Below are positions 17,652 to 28,500 of a stretch of 64,000 bases of DNA, piece by piece. Under the pieces are notes generated by a model. It was not told where the DNA came from. It made no database searches and saw nothing but the letters and a program-made list of their open reading frames with translations. The position numbers and the translations under genes are program-made. Every line of letters begins with the position of its first letter. Within the stretch, counting starts at the first letter, position 1. The stretch spans positions 201,169 through 265,168 of the forward strand of contig JAJXWV010000033.1 of the NCBI GenBank assembly GCA_021781455.1, read 5' to 3'. Source of the DNA: Acidobacteriota bacterium (GTDB lineage: Bacteria > Acidobacteriota > Thermoanaerobaculia > Gp7-AA8).

Positions 17652-19043
17652 TCAGTACCGCGCCACCACCGAGATCGACCCCACCTTGTAATTCGGCGAG
17701 CTGTCATAGGCGGCGTCGATTGCGAATCGCGGCCAGGCCAGGCCTGCGCCGATCGACTTGTGGTTCTGACTCCGCCCCTGCGGGAACAGCATGGCCGCGG
17801 CCACGCGGTCGGGCTGGTCGAGAGGTCCGACGTACTGGGTCGCATGCGCCGGATCGCGCCAGAATCCGGCGCGCAGGGCGAACGGGATCTTCGTCGAGAA
17901 GAAGTATTCGGTACCCAGGTGCAGCTCCGTGACGTCCCTGGCGGCGAACGGCTTCGACAGCTGCCGCACGGTGTCGTTGATGGAGACGAAGTCATCGACC
18001 AGGTTGGAGTACTTCACGTGCACGGCGTCGAGGTTCACCGTCCAAACGGGGATGGGGCGGACGGACACGCCGAGGCCTGCCACGTCCGGCATGTGGAACG
18101 TAGTGTCGGCGAGCGGCACATAGTCGAAGTTCGTGGCGAACGTGGCCACGAAAGTCGGGGCCGTGAACTTCGGTCCTTTCTTGTAGACGCCGCCGAGGCT
18201 CACCTTGTCGGTCGCGTCGAACTTGAATCCGACCGTGAAGGTCACGTCGTGCTGTGCCTGGACCTGGACAACGCCGGCGGAGTTGACCTTGCCGGTGGCC
18301 TGCACGACCTGGCTGAGCGTCTCCAGCTGGCTGCTGAGCCGCAGCGTCTGCGCATACTCCTTGAACTGCTGGTAGCGCGCGGTGGCGCCGAGCGAGAGCT
18401 TCCCGAACTGCCAGGCCCCGGCGAGACCGTAGGTCCGCTCCTCGAGATCGAGGCTGCTGATGAACGGGATGGTGGTGTACTCGAGGCAGGCAAAAGGATC
18501 ATTGGCCTGCTGACGGATGGCCTCGCACTGGGCCTGGCTTACCGGGCCAGTGCCGTCTCTCGGGAGGAAGAAGTTCGGAACGTCGGCTTCAACCGCGCCA
18601 GTGAACGTGTTTCGCTGCGGCGCCACGAACCCCACTCCGGCGTTCTTCAGCGGCTGGTGGTAATAGGCGCCGATGCGGAAGTTCTTGATGGGGACGATCA
18701 CGCTGGCGAAGGTGGGATCGACGCGCGGGCTGAAGTGCTGAAAGGCGGTCCGGGTGACGTCGGGGAAGGTCCCGGTCGTCGAGAAGATCTGCGACTCTTC
18801 GTAATTCCGCGCCTCGATCGAGAACTCGGTCTTGCGCAGGATGGTCAGGCCGGCTGGATTGGCTTCGGCTGCCGATGCATCGTCGGCGAGGCCGAGAAAT
18901 GCGCCGCCCATGCCCAGCGAGCGGGCGCCCGGATTGCCGAAATTGAACTGCAGGCCCGAGAGCGACTCGATGTCTGTGTTCTGCGCCGCCAGCGGCAGCG
19001 CGATGATCGTGCAGAGGACGACCAGAAAGATCAGTCTGCGCAT
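17652..19043 (-). CDS. Outer-membrane beta-barrel protein (FadL/TodX-like transport family)
   Basis: Signal peptide (MRRLIFLVVLCTIIALPLAAQ), alternating amphipathic beta-strand pattern, C-terminal aromatic residue (..VVARY). Confidence 0.6.
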   Translation of the reverse strand: MRRLIFLVVLCTIIALPLAAQNTDIESLSGLQFNFGNPGARSLGMGGAFLGLADDASAAEANPAGLTILRKTEFSIEARNYEESQIFSTTGTFPDVTRTAFQHFSPRVDPTFASVIVPIKNFRIGAYYHQPLKNAGVGFVAPQRNTFTGAVEADVPNFFLPRDGTGPVSQAQCEAIRQQANDPFACLEYTTIPFISSLDLEERTYGLAGAWQFGKLSLGATARYQQFKEYAQTLRLSSQLETLSQVVQATGKVNSAGVVQVQAQHDVTFTVGFKFDATDKVSLGGVYKKGPKFTAPTFVATFATNFDYVPLADTTFHMPDVAGLGVSVRPIPVWTVNLDAVHVKYSNLVDDFVSINDTVRQLSKPFAARDVTELHLGTEYFFSTKIPFALRAGFWRDPAHATQYVGPLDQPDRVAAAMLFPQGRSQNHKSIGAGLAWPRFAIDAAYDSSPNYKVGSISVVARY

Positions 19044-19146
19044 GCAAATCCTCCGGTTTGGATGACTTGCACGAAGGATAACGCGAAACGCGGTCGCGGC
19101 AGAACCCTCGACAGCGGGACCGGCGACGAGTGCCGGCCCGGACATA

Positions 19147-19374
19147 TCACGAATGCATCGTCGGCAGGCGCAGATCGGCTATGCAGCCCGGATCCTCGGC
19201 ACAGTCCGTCGAGACATTTCCGCACACCCGCGGCGTACAGGCCGTGGCGACCCGGATCGTCCATCCCGACGGGCTGAGCCGCTCGGCGAGCCGGAGGGCC
19301 TGAGCCATCGACGTGAAGTGAATCGGCACCGGACGTTCCGAAACGACGACCATGTAACGCAGGCTGCGCATCAT
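19147..19374 (-). CDS. Hypothetical small protein
   Basis: ORF only (MMRSLRYMVVVSERPVPIHF...), no recognised domain. Confidence 0.3.
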   Translation of the reverse strand: MMRSLRYMVVVSERPVPIHFTSMAQALRLAERLSPSGWTIRVATACTPRVCGNVSTDCAEDPGCIADLRLPTMHS

Positions 19375-19424
19375 TGTCTCTCTCCCTAATTGCGGAGTGA
19401 CGGCGTACACCCAATCCCTACCAA

Positions 19425-19850
19425 TCTTTATGGCTCTTCAGGATATTCAGTGGGTCCGGCGAGGTTTCGAAGGGCACTCCAGCCGTGGAGGCGTGAGGTT
19501 TAAGGCGGCTTAGCCGCCGTAAGAATTTAGCGGCGGCCGTCAGGCCGCCGGAACAAGCGATCGCATCAGCGTACGAGGGCACGAAGTGCCCGACAGAAGG
19601 CCGGGAAACAGACCGACGATCTGTCGCGCGCTGCGCGCGCTCGGACGCTGGGTCGGGCCGATCGGACGGCGGCCTGACGGCCGCCGCTAAATGATGTCGG
19701 CGGCTCCGCCGCCTCGACAAAGCCTTACTGGCAACTTCGACGTCTGACGGCCAGGGGTGAGGGCTTCTCCGTAAACGATTGACTCAGTAGCCATGAACCC
19801 AGCTGTCAGTTTCTGATCTCACCCACGGAAATCCCCGTAGAGCCATCTTT
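19425..19850. repeat. Family-B palindromic MITE-like element (core aatttagcggcggccgtcaggccgccg ... cggcggcctgacggccgccgctaaat)
   Basis: Copies in inverse orientation at 26855-27240, and a shorter copy at 51120-51335. Confidence 0.8.
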
Positions 19851-19929
19851 ATCGAATGGCAGAGATCCGCCGGGAGCGAGACTTCGCGCGCCGGGATACC
19901 GCCCCGGCGACCTCGAGCGACCAGGGCAG

Positions 19930-21651
<1,722 letters not shown>

Positions 21652-21654
21652 AGA

Positions 21655-21905
21655 AGGGGGCGAATTCTAGCAAACCAGTCGAGGGACTGCGCGATTGCCG
21701 GTTGCGCGGTTGCGCGGTGTGTCTCTCGGGTCGATCTTTCATTTGTCGTTCGAGCCAGCATGCGGCTCGAACATTTGTGTGGGACAGCTCAGGGATCGCA
21801 CCAAGCAACCGCGGAACCGCGCAACCTCGTAACCGCGCAACCTCGTAACCGCGCAACCTCGTAACCTCGCAACCGCGTGAAGCAACCTCGTAACCTCGCG
21901 GCCTT
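21655..21905. repeat. Inverted tandem arrays of GGTTGCGC/CGCGCAACC-type short units flanking a short spacer
   Basis: ggttgcgcggttgcgcgg ... (ccgcgcaacctcgtaa)n. Related copies at 33226-33325 and 61541-61570. Confidence 0.7.
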
Positions 21906-21930
21906 CCCCATTTCTGCTAGTTTGGGATCG

Positions 21931-22383
21931 GTGACCAAAGAGATTCTCGTCTTCGACCGCTCCCCCGTAGCGCGGCTGGTCAGCTGTGCCGCCGTGTTCG
22001 CGTCCGCGGCGCTGGTCTTCAACTATCTGGCCAAGAGCGGCAACGACATCGACGTCCTCTCGTTTGGTTTTTTCATCGTGCTCTTTCTCGGCACGCTGGC
22101 CGCCGCGATCGCGCAGTACGGCGATCACATCTATCTCAGCGACGACGGCGTGATGTACGAGAACCGGCTGCTCAAGCTCCTCGGAAGGCGCGGCCGGTGG
22201 ATGCGCTGGGAGGACATCATCGAGATCCGGGAGCTGCGCAGGAGCGTGCTGGTGCTGCTCTCGCGCGACGGGCAACGCATGCTCATCGACGCCATCCTCG
22301 GCTACGCGATTGCAAAACATGAGGTCCTCAGGCGGGCTCCGCAGGCCATTCTCAGCGGAACGCTCGCGCCTGAGGATCGTTGA
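21931..22383 (+). CDS. Hypothetical membrane protein (two TM helices plus a bacterial PH-like domain)
   Basis: ORF with good GC3. Start uncertain (GTG 21931 or TTG 21922); the N-terminus of the track ORF is repeat-derived. Confidence 0.4.
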   Translation: MTKEILVFDRSPVARLVSCAAVFASAALVFNYLAKSGNDIDVLSFGFFIVLFLGTLAAAIAQYGDHIYLSDDGVMYENRLLKLLGRRGRWMRWEDIIEIRELRRSVLVLLSRDGQRMLIDAILGYAIAKHEVLRRAPQAILSGTLAPEDR

Positions 22384-22428
22384 GCAGACGTTTCGCGGCC
22401 CCCCGTCACTCTGAGCCGGCGGAACCGG

Positions 22429-23568
22429 TTACTTCGTCCCCACCGGCTGCCCTGCAATCGCGCGCTCGTACACTTCGCGGTATCTCGGCACGACGCGCAC
22501 GACGTCGAATTTCTCGATGGCGATGGCGCGACCGGCGGCACCCATCCGGCGCTGCAGCCGCTCGTCGCCGAGGATCTCGATGGCCCGCGCGGCCATCGAT
22601 TCGACGTCGCCGACCGGCAGGAGGAACCCCGACTCGCCGTCGGTGACGACCTCGGGCACGCCGCCTGTCGAGGTGCTGATGACCGGCACTTCACAGGCCA
22701 TCGCTTCCAGTGCGGCCATGCCGAACGACTCCGACTCGGAAGGCAACAGGAAGAGGTCTGCGGCGCCGAGGATCTCCTCGAGGTTCGGGACATTGCCGAC
22801 GAAGAACACGCGGCTGGCAATTCCCTCCTGCCGGCAGAAGGCCTCGGCACGCGACCGGTCCGGGCCGTCGCCGATCATCACCATGCGGCTTGGGATGACG
22901 CGCGCCACTCGCGCGAAAACTTCCAGCACGTCGATCACGCGCTTGACCGGCCGGAAGTTCGAGACGTGACAGACCAGCTTCTCGCCGGTCCAGCCGAAGA
23001 GGTGCTGAAAGGCTTCGCCATGACGGCGAAACCGCTGCGTGTCGACGAAGTTCGGGATCACTTCGATCGCCTTGTCCGTGGAAAAGTTCTCCACGGTCTG
23101 CTCCTTCAGCCATTGCGAGACCGCCGTCACGCCGTCCGAGACCTCGATGCCGAATTTCGTGATCGGGAGATAGCTGGCATCACGGCCGACCAGCGTGATG
23201 TCGGTGCCGTGCAGTGTGGTGATGAGCTTCAGCGTGCTCGAATGGAGGATCTGCTGCGCCAGGTGCGCGCTGATGGCGTGCGGAATCGCATAGTGGACGT
23301 GCAGCACGTCCAGCTGCTCGTACGCCGCCACCTCGGCCTGCTTCGTGGCCAGCGCCAGTGTGTAAGGCGGATAAGGATCAAACAGCGGATATGACGTGAC
23401 CGTGACCTCGTGAAAGTGGACACGCTCGTGGAACATGTCCAGACGCGAGGGCATGGCGTAGCTGATGAAGTGCACATCGTCACCGAGCCTCGCCAGCGCG
23501 ATGCCGAGCTCGGTGGCCACGACTCCCGAGCCGCCGAAAGTGGGATAGCAGGTGATGCCGATCTTCAT
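22429..23568 (-). CDS. bshA: N-acetyl-alpha-D-glucosaminyl L-malate synthase BshA (GT4)
   Basis: Hallmark N-terminus MKIGITCYPTFGGSGVVATELG, and a C-terminal GT4 motif (EAMACEVPVISTSTGG). Confidence 0.85.
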   Translation of the reverse strand: MKIGITCYPTFGGSGVVATELGIALARLGDDVHFISYAMPSRLDMFHERVHFHEVTVTSYPLFDPYPPYTLALATKQAEVAAYEQLDVLHVHYAIPHAISAHLAQQILHSSTLKLITTLHGTDITLVGRDASYLPITKFGIEVSDGVTAVSQWLKEQTVENFSTDKAIEVIPNFVDTQRFRRHGEAFQHLFGWTGEKLVCHVSNFRPVKRVIDVLEVFARVARVIPSRMVMIGDGPDRSRAEAFCRQEGIASRVFFVGNVPNLEEILGAADLFLLPSESESFGMAALEAMACEVPVISTSTGGVPEVVTDGESGFLLPVGDVESMAARAIEILGDERLQRRMGAAGRAIAIEKFDVVRVVPRYREVYERAIAGQPVGTK

Positions 23569-23582
23569 GCTTACCTCAGATG

Positions 23583-23650
23583 GCAGATGGCAGATGGCAG
23601 ATCGCAGGTTTGAATCCGCCTGCGATCCGCGATCTGCCATCTGCGATCTT
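23583..23650. repeat. Inverted tandem array of GCAGATG/GCAGATC heptamers forming a hairpin
   Basis: tggcagatggcagatggcagatcgcagg..cctgcgatccgcgatctgccatctgcgatc between bshB1 and bshA. Confidence 0.75.
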
Positions 23651-23652
23651 CA

Positions 23653-24372
23653 TCAGAGTTCCCTTCCCTTGTAGGCCGCCACGATGTCGTCGAGGCGCGG
23701 AGGCTGGCGCGTGACGAACGGCTCGCCGTAGCGGGCGCCGATCTGCGCGCCGAAATGGCGGCCGCGCGCTTCGATCATCTCCATGAAATCGGGCCTCGAG
23801 AGCACCGTCAGCGGCTCTTTCGACTTCGGATCGTAGAACTGCGACTTGAATGCGGCGATGGCGCGCATCTTCGTCTTCCAGCTCGCCGTGACGTCGACGA
23901 TGAACGTCGGCATGTGCACGTGATGCTGGAAGAAGTACACCACTGCCTGGGGTCGATGCGCGCGCCGGCCCGTGTCGATGGCCTTCAGCCCGGCGTAGAA
24001 CGCGGCATCGCCGACGACGCGGCCGGCGCGCTCGTGGTCGGGATGGCGGTCCTGCGGGTACGGCGCGAAGACGACCGACGGCCGAGCACGGCGGATGACG
24101 TCGATGAGCGCCATCTCCTGTTCGCGGCCGGTCTGGAGGCCGCCATCATGGAAATCGAGCTGCTCGCGGAACGAGGCGCCGAGGATCTTCGCGGAGGCCC
24201 GAGCCTCGCGTTTGCGGATCTGCGGCGTCCCGCGCGTGCCCATCTCCCCGCGGGTGAGGTCGACGATGCCCACGCGCAGCCCGTCCTTCACGCTTTTCGC
24301 GACGGTCGCTCCGCACGAGAGCTCCACGTCGTCCGGATGAGCGCCGATGAACAGAAGATCAACTTTTTCCAT
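23653..24372 (-). CDS. bshB1: Bacillithiol biosynthesis deacetylase BshB1 (LmbE/PIG-L family)
   Basis: LFIGAHPDDVELSCGAT (PIG-L zinc motif HPDDE) and conserved HPDH. Confidence 0.85.
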   Translation of the reverse strand: MEKVDLLFIGAHPDDVELSCGATVAKSVKDGLRVGIVDLTRGEMGTRGTPQIRKREARASAKILGASFREQLDFHDGGLQTGREQEMALIDVIRRARPSVVFAPYPQDRHPDHERAGRVVGDAAFYAGLKAIDTGRRAHRPQAVVYFFQHHVHMPTFIVDVTASWKTKMRAIAAFKSQFYDPKSKEPLTVLSRPDFMEMIEARGRHFGAQIGARYGEPFVTRQPPRLDDIVAAYKGREL

Positions 24373-24394
24373 GATCACATGTGAAGTGCTGAGT

Positions 24395-24465
24395 ACTGAG
24401 TGCTGAGTACTGAGTGCCGAGAACTCACGGGTCTTACTCAGTACTCAGCACTCAGTACTCAGCAC
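24395..24465. repeat. Inverted tandem array of CTGAGTA/CTGAGTG heptamers (hairpin)
   Basis: gtgctgagtactgagtgctgagtactgag ... ctcagtactcagcactcagtactcagcac. Confidence 0.8.
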
Positions 24466-24469
24466 TTCC

Positions 24470-25981
24470 TTACAGTCCGAGAATCTTGAAGACGTCCGCG
24501 TCGGGCTCGATCTCCTCGACGAGCGTATCGACGAGATGCTGGCCGAAGCGGACCCAGTATGCAAACCACGCGACAACACGGTCCTGGACGTGGCCGTCGG
24601 GATAGAAGGTCGACACGAGCTCCCGCGCCGCGGCGTAGCGGTCGCGATCCTTGCGCACCAGGCCGCGGATGGCGCGTTCGGTCAGCTTGTCGAAGTGATA
24701 TTCGATGTGCCCGATGGAGCGGTTGATGGCGCGCGCCAGCGCGTGCTCGGCGGGGAGGGCGATCTCGCCGATCTGCGTGATCCGGGCGGCGAGGTCGCGC
24801 CGCGCCGCTCGAGCCAGCGACTTCACCTCTTCCACGCCTGCCGCTTCGTGCGAGGCCAGGATCTCGTCCGGAGCGGCGAAGACGCTTTCCGGATCGATGC
24901 CGAACCGTGAGAAGAGCCGCACCACGCGCTTCGGCGCCACGAGGGCATGGCCGCGCAGAGCGACGCGCGGCAGCGGTACGCCGAGGAGCTCGTGCAGGGG
25001 AGCGATCTGCGCGTAGTAAGCCACCTCCGAAGGACCGCCGATGAAGACGTCCGGGTGGAGGATCGCGTCCTGCAGAAGCGGCCGCGTATTCGCTGAAGTG
25101 GAGATCGTGGTCGGGTCGTCGACCTCGGCCGCGTTGTCGATGATGTGCCGCACTCCGTTGGCGTCGAGGCGGAACAGAAGGGTGTATCGATTGCCTTCGC
25201 GCGGCAGGATCTGCGGCTGATAGCCGGAGAGCTCCAGCGCCCGCGACCTGCCCGCCAGAGCCTCCTGCATGACGTCACACTTCGCGAGCATCTGCTCGAA
25301 CAGCCGCGCGCCGGCCCGCCGGAGCTCGGGCAGGAGCGCGTCGACGAAAACGATCTTCTCGCTCACGGCCGTGGCCACGAGCTCCGCGAACGAGTCGGCG
25401 AACGAGATCCCTTCGCGCAGCCACTTCGGACGCGGCAGGTCGTACAGCGCGAGCAGCGCGGTGGTGAGCGCCTCCGGAATCACGGCCGGGCCGACCACCT
25501 GCTTCGAGGCCACAGGACGGGTCGCCTTCAGAGTCACGAGATCGACCTGCCGGTTGACGCCGCTGCGTTCTGACGGAACGGAGGCGACCGGCAGTCCGAG
25601 AGTGGCCGCCTCGTCGTAGTCGTGATCTTCGGTCGCCAGCCAGAAGAAGATCGTGGCGCGCATGCCGCGGGACTCGAAGTCGCGCTTCATGCGGATCATC
25701 GAGGCGATCTTGGCCATCGTGTACAACGGGCCGCCGGCGAAGCCGACCTGCTGGCCGGCCACGATGGTGGCTGTCCGACCCTCATTCCAGCTCCGCAGCT
25801 CATCGTCGACGAACGAGCCCCAGCGCCGGTTCGACTCGACGAGCGCGTCGATGAGGGCCTCATCGAGCCCGCGCCGTCGCGGGCGAAGCGTGGCATCGGC
25901 GTCGGGTCCCCGCTCGCCACGCGGGAGGAACTGCGTGGCCCGCTCCGATGACGCCAACCAGTCGAGGACGAAGGGATTCAT
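24470..25981 (-). CDS. bshC: Bacillithiol biosynthesis cysteine-adding enzyme BshC
   Basis: Signature TIVAGQQVGFAGGPLYTMAKI (GQQ motif) near the N-terminus, about 504 aa. The track ORF is over-extended at its 5' end. Confidence 0.8.
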   Translation of the reverse strand: MNPFVLDWLASSERATQFLPRGERGPDADATLRPRRRGLDEALIDALVESNRRWGSFVDDELRSWNEGRTATIVAGQQVGFAGGPLYTMAKIASMIRMKRDFESRGMRATIFFWLATEDHDYDEAATLGLPVASVPSERSGVNRQVDLVTLKATRPVASKQVVGPAVIPEALTTALLALYDLPRPKWLREGISFADSFAELVATAVSEKIVFVDALLPELRRAGARLFEQMLAKCDVMQEALAGRSRALELSGYQPQILPREGNRYTLLFRLDANGVRHIIDNAAEVDDPTTISTSANTRPLLQDAILHPDVFIGGPSEVAYYAQIAPLHELLGVPLPRVALRGHALVAPKRVVRLFSRFGIDPESVFAAPDEILASHEAAGVEEVKSLARAARRDLAARITQIGEIALPAEHALARAINRSIGHIEYHFDKLTERAIRGLVRKDRDRYAAARELVSTFYPDGHVQDRVVAWFAYWVRFGQHLVDTLVEEIEPDADVFKILGL

Positions 25982-26025
25982 CCCCGGATACCGCGCCAGC
26001 GGAACGCGCAGACAGCCTGCTTCGC

Positions 26026-26739
26026 TCACAGTCCCTTGCTCCCCACCAGGATGAGGCGCGGCGAATCGCCGTTCCACGGCTCTCCGTCGAAGTCGCCGAA
26101 TGCCGCGCGGATGGACAGATCGCAAGCCGTGAACATCGCAGAAATCTCGCCGAGTTCGTAGCCTCGCACGCGCTCCAGGTAATGTTTTTGACCGATCGTT
26201 ATCCGTTTGTTGAACGATCGGTCTGATTTGTCGAACCAGCGCTCGATCATCACCGGCCCCCTGGGAGTCTCCCGCGTCTCCTTCCTGACCAGGTGCTCGA
26301 GCTCGCGGTGCACGTTCAGGTAGTCGAACAGAAACGGTGCGCGATGCGCGAGAACGCGCGACATCTCCCGGACCACCTGCATGTTCTCCTCTTCGCTCGC
26401 AAAATACCCGAAGCTGGTGAAGAAGTTGACCAGCCCGGCGATGCTGGCGGTGCAGAACGGGAGCTGGCGCATGTCGGCCCGGGCCACGCGGATGGGGCCG
26501 TGCTCGCTGCGACCGGTCTGCAGCAGGAGGAACGACAGGTCGCATCCGGCGGAGCGGTAGCCGCACTCCTCGAGCTCGTAGAGATGCCGCCCCGTTCCGC
26601 AGGCGACATCGAGCAGCGGTCCGGCGATGGGGCCGCACTGGTCTCGAAAGAACTCCACCTGCCGTCGCGCCTCCTCCTCGTCGCGATAGGAGTAGAGCTC
26701 GAGGTATTCCTCGCCGAACCACTCGCGGTACCAGGTCAT
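26026..26739 (-). CDS. Class I SAM-dependent methyltransferase
   Basis: Motif I LLDVACGTGRH. Start chosen at MTWYREWF. First gene of the bsh operon. Confidence 0.75.
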   Translation of the reverse strand: MTWYREWFGEEYLELYSYRDEEEARRQVEFFRDQCGPIAGPLLDVACGTGRHLYELEECGYRSAGCDLSFLLLQTGRSEHGPIRVARADMRQLPFCTASIAGLVNFFTSFGYFASEEENMQVVREMSRVLAHRAPFLFDYLNVHRELEHLVRKETRETPRGPVMIERWFDKSDRSFNKRITIGQKHYLERVRGYELGEISAMFTACDLSIRAAFGDFDGEPWNGDSPRLILVGSKGL

Positions 26740-26807
26740 CACGCGGCAGTTTATGCGAGGGACGGCGAGGCTCCGGAAGCAGCCGGGACCGAGGGGTTCA
26801 TGCAACC

Positions 26808-27330
26808 CAAAAAGAAAATGTTGAATGTTGAATGTTGGCCCTACAGGGATTTCCGTGGGTGAGATGAAAATTGGCATTGACAGCTGGGTTCATTGCTACC
26901 GATGGTTTGCGGAGAAGCCCTCACCCCTGGACGTCTGACGTCGAATTTGCCATTGGAGCTTTGTCGAGGCGGCGGAGCCGTCGACATCATTTAGCGGCGG
27001 CCGTCAGGCCGCCGTCCGATCGGCCCGACCCAGCGTCCGAGCGCGCGCAGCGTGCGACAGATCCTCGGTCTGTTTCCCGGCCTTCTGTCGGGCACTTCGT
27101 GCCCTCGTACGCTGATGCGATCGCTTGCTCCGGCGGCCTGACGGCCGCCGCTAAATTCTTGCGGCGGCTAGGCCGCCTTGAAAGTCGCTGCTCCGCGGCG
27201 CGAGTGCACTCTTCGAAATTTCGCCGGACCCACTGAATATCCTGAAGCGCCTGAATATTCAATGTTGTCAGAGTCTCCGGTTCGCCTCTTCATCCAACAC
27301 TCAATATTCAACATTCAACACTTCGCTTTC
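26808..27330. repeat. Family-B MITE copy (26855-27240) sitting between inverted arrays of GAATGTT/GAATATT heptamers (26808-26835 and 27245-27330)
   Basis: aatgttgaatgttgaatgttgg on the left, caacactcaatattcaacattcaacac on the right. The internal 385 bp are the reverse complement of the 19425-19850 copy. Confidence 0.75.
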
Positions 27331-27331
27331 A

Positions 27332-28363
27332 TCACAGTTCGCTCAGGCGCTGCCGCAGGGCGCGCTCGTTCTCTCTGGCGTGTTCCAGCGCCGATTCCAG
27401 CGCGGCGACGATGGCGCGCGTGTTGGCGAGCAGCGACTCGATGCCGGCGCGCTCGGCCGCGGTATCGGCCGGCGCAGCGGCCGCGAACGGCTCCGCAACC
27501 GCAACGGGAGGATCGATCACCGGCGCCGCGCCGAACGGGTCTTCCTCGAGCGGCGGCGCCGCCGGCGCGAAGACGCTTTCGAACGCAGCAACGGGCACCG
27601 GGGCCGGCTGTGCGAATGCCGCCGGCGGCACCTCGACTGCCGGACGCCCCGCCGGTGAAGGTCTCGGCGCACCCTCGCGCATGGAAAGCTTCGGCGTGCC
27701 GGCCGAGGCGGAGGTCGCTCCCGCCTTCGCCGACATGTCGGGGGCGGTCAGCTCCGGCTCTTCGGCCAGTGTCGTGTCGACGTGGTTCTTGAGGTTGTCG
27801 AGAATTCGTCCCACGGCCGCACGCAGCGTCGCCGTGACTCCCACGCCGTTGATCGCGGCCGCCTCGATCACCGGCGCCGGGCCCGGCTCCAGATAGGCGG
27901 TCATGTCGTCGACGCTGTCGGTGTTGGGCAGATCGCGCTTGTTGTACTGGAACACCAGCGCCACTTTCTCCGGATCGATCCGGTTGAGGCGCAGGTTGGT
28001 CTTGAGGTTCTGCAGGCTGTCGACGTTCGACTCGCGCATCGACGCCTGCGAATCGGCGACGAAGACCACGCCGTCGGCGCCGCGAAGCACCAGCTTGCGC
28101 GTGGCGTCGTAGAACACCTGGCCGGGAACCGTGTACAGCTGCACGCGGACCTTCTGGCCGCCGATCGTGCCGAGCTCCATCGGCATGAAGTCGAAGAAGA
28201 GGGTGCGGTCCGTCTCCGTCGACATCGAGATCATCTTGCCCTTGTTCTCAAGCTTCGGATTGGCGTAGACCTTTTCCAGGTTCGTCGTCTTCCCGCACAG
28301 GCCGGGCCCGTAGTACACGAGCTTGACCGTGACTTCGTTGATCGCCTTGTTGATCAGGACCAT
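27332..28363 (-). CDS. MglA-family Ras-like small GTPase with a long Ala/Pro-rich C-terminal extension ending in a coiled coil
   Basis: N-terminus VKLVYYGPGLCGKTTNL plus G3/G4 motifs (TVPGQ, QYNKRD) closely match MglA. The protein is 343 aa versus about 195 aa for MglA. Confidence 0.8.
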   Translation of the reverse strand: MVLINKAINEVTVKLVYYGPGLCGKTTNLEKVYANPKLENKGKMISMSTETDRTLFFDFMPMELGTIGGQKVRVQLYTVPGQVFYDATRKLVLRGADGVVFVADSQASMRESNVDSLQNLKTNLRLNRIDPEKVALVFQYNKRDLPNTDSVDDMTAYLEPGPAPVIEAAAINGVGVTATLRAAVGRILDNLKNHVDTTLAEEPELTAPDMSAKAGATSASAGTPKLSMREGAPRPSPAGRPAVEVPPAAFAQPAPVPVAAFESVFAPAAPPLEEDPFGAAPVIDPPVAVAEPFAAAAPADTAAERAGIESLLANTRAIVAALESALEHARENERALRQRLSEL

Positions 28364-28500
28364 TGGGGTTCCTCCGATGGAGTGAGAGCCGATAGATTAG
28401 CAGGGAGAGCGAGCGGGCAGCGAGCAGCGGACAGGCTGGCCCTTTGTGTGACCTGACCGCCGCCCGAGGCCTGCGGAAACTTGATACCCTTCGGTCCGCC

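Noticed and set aside
23590-23640. tRNA-like T-arm motif (ggtttgaatccgcctgc)
   Set aside because: It is the loop region of the GCAGATG heptamer hairpin. No acceptor, D or anticodon arms can be built around it.
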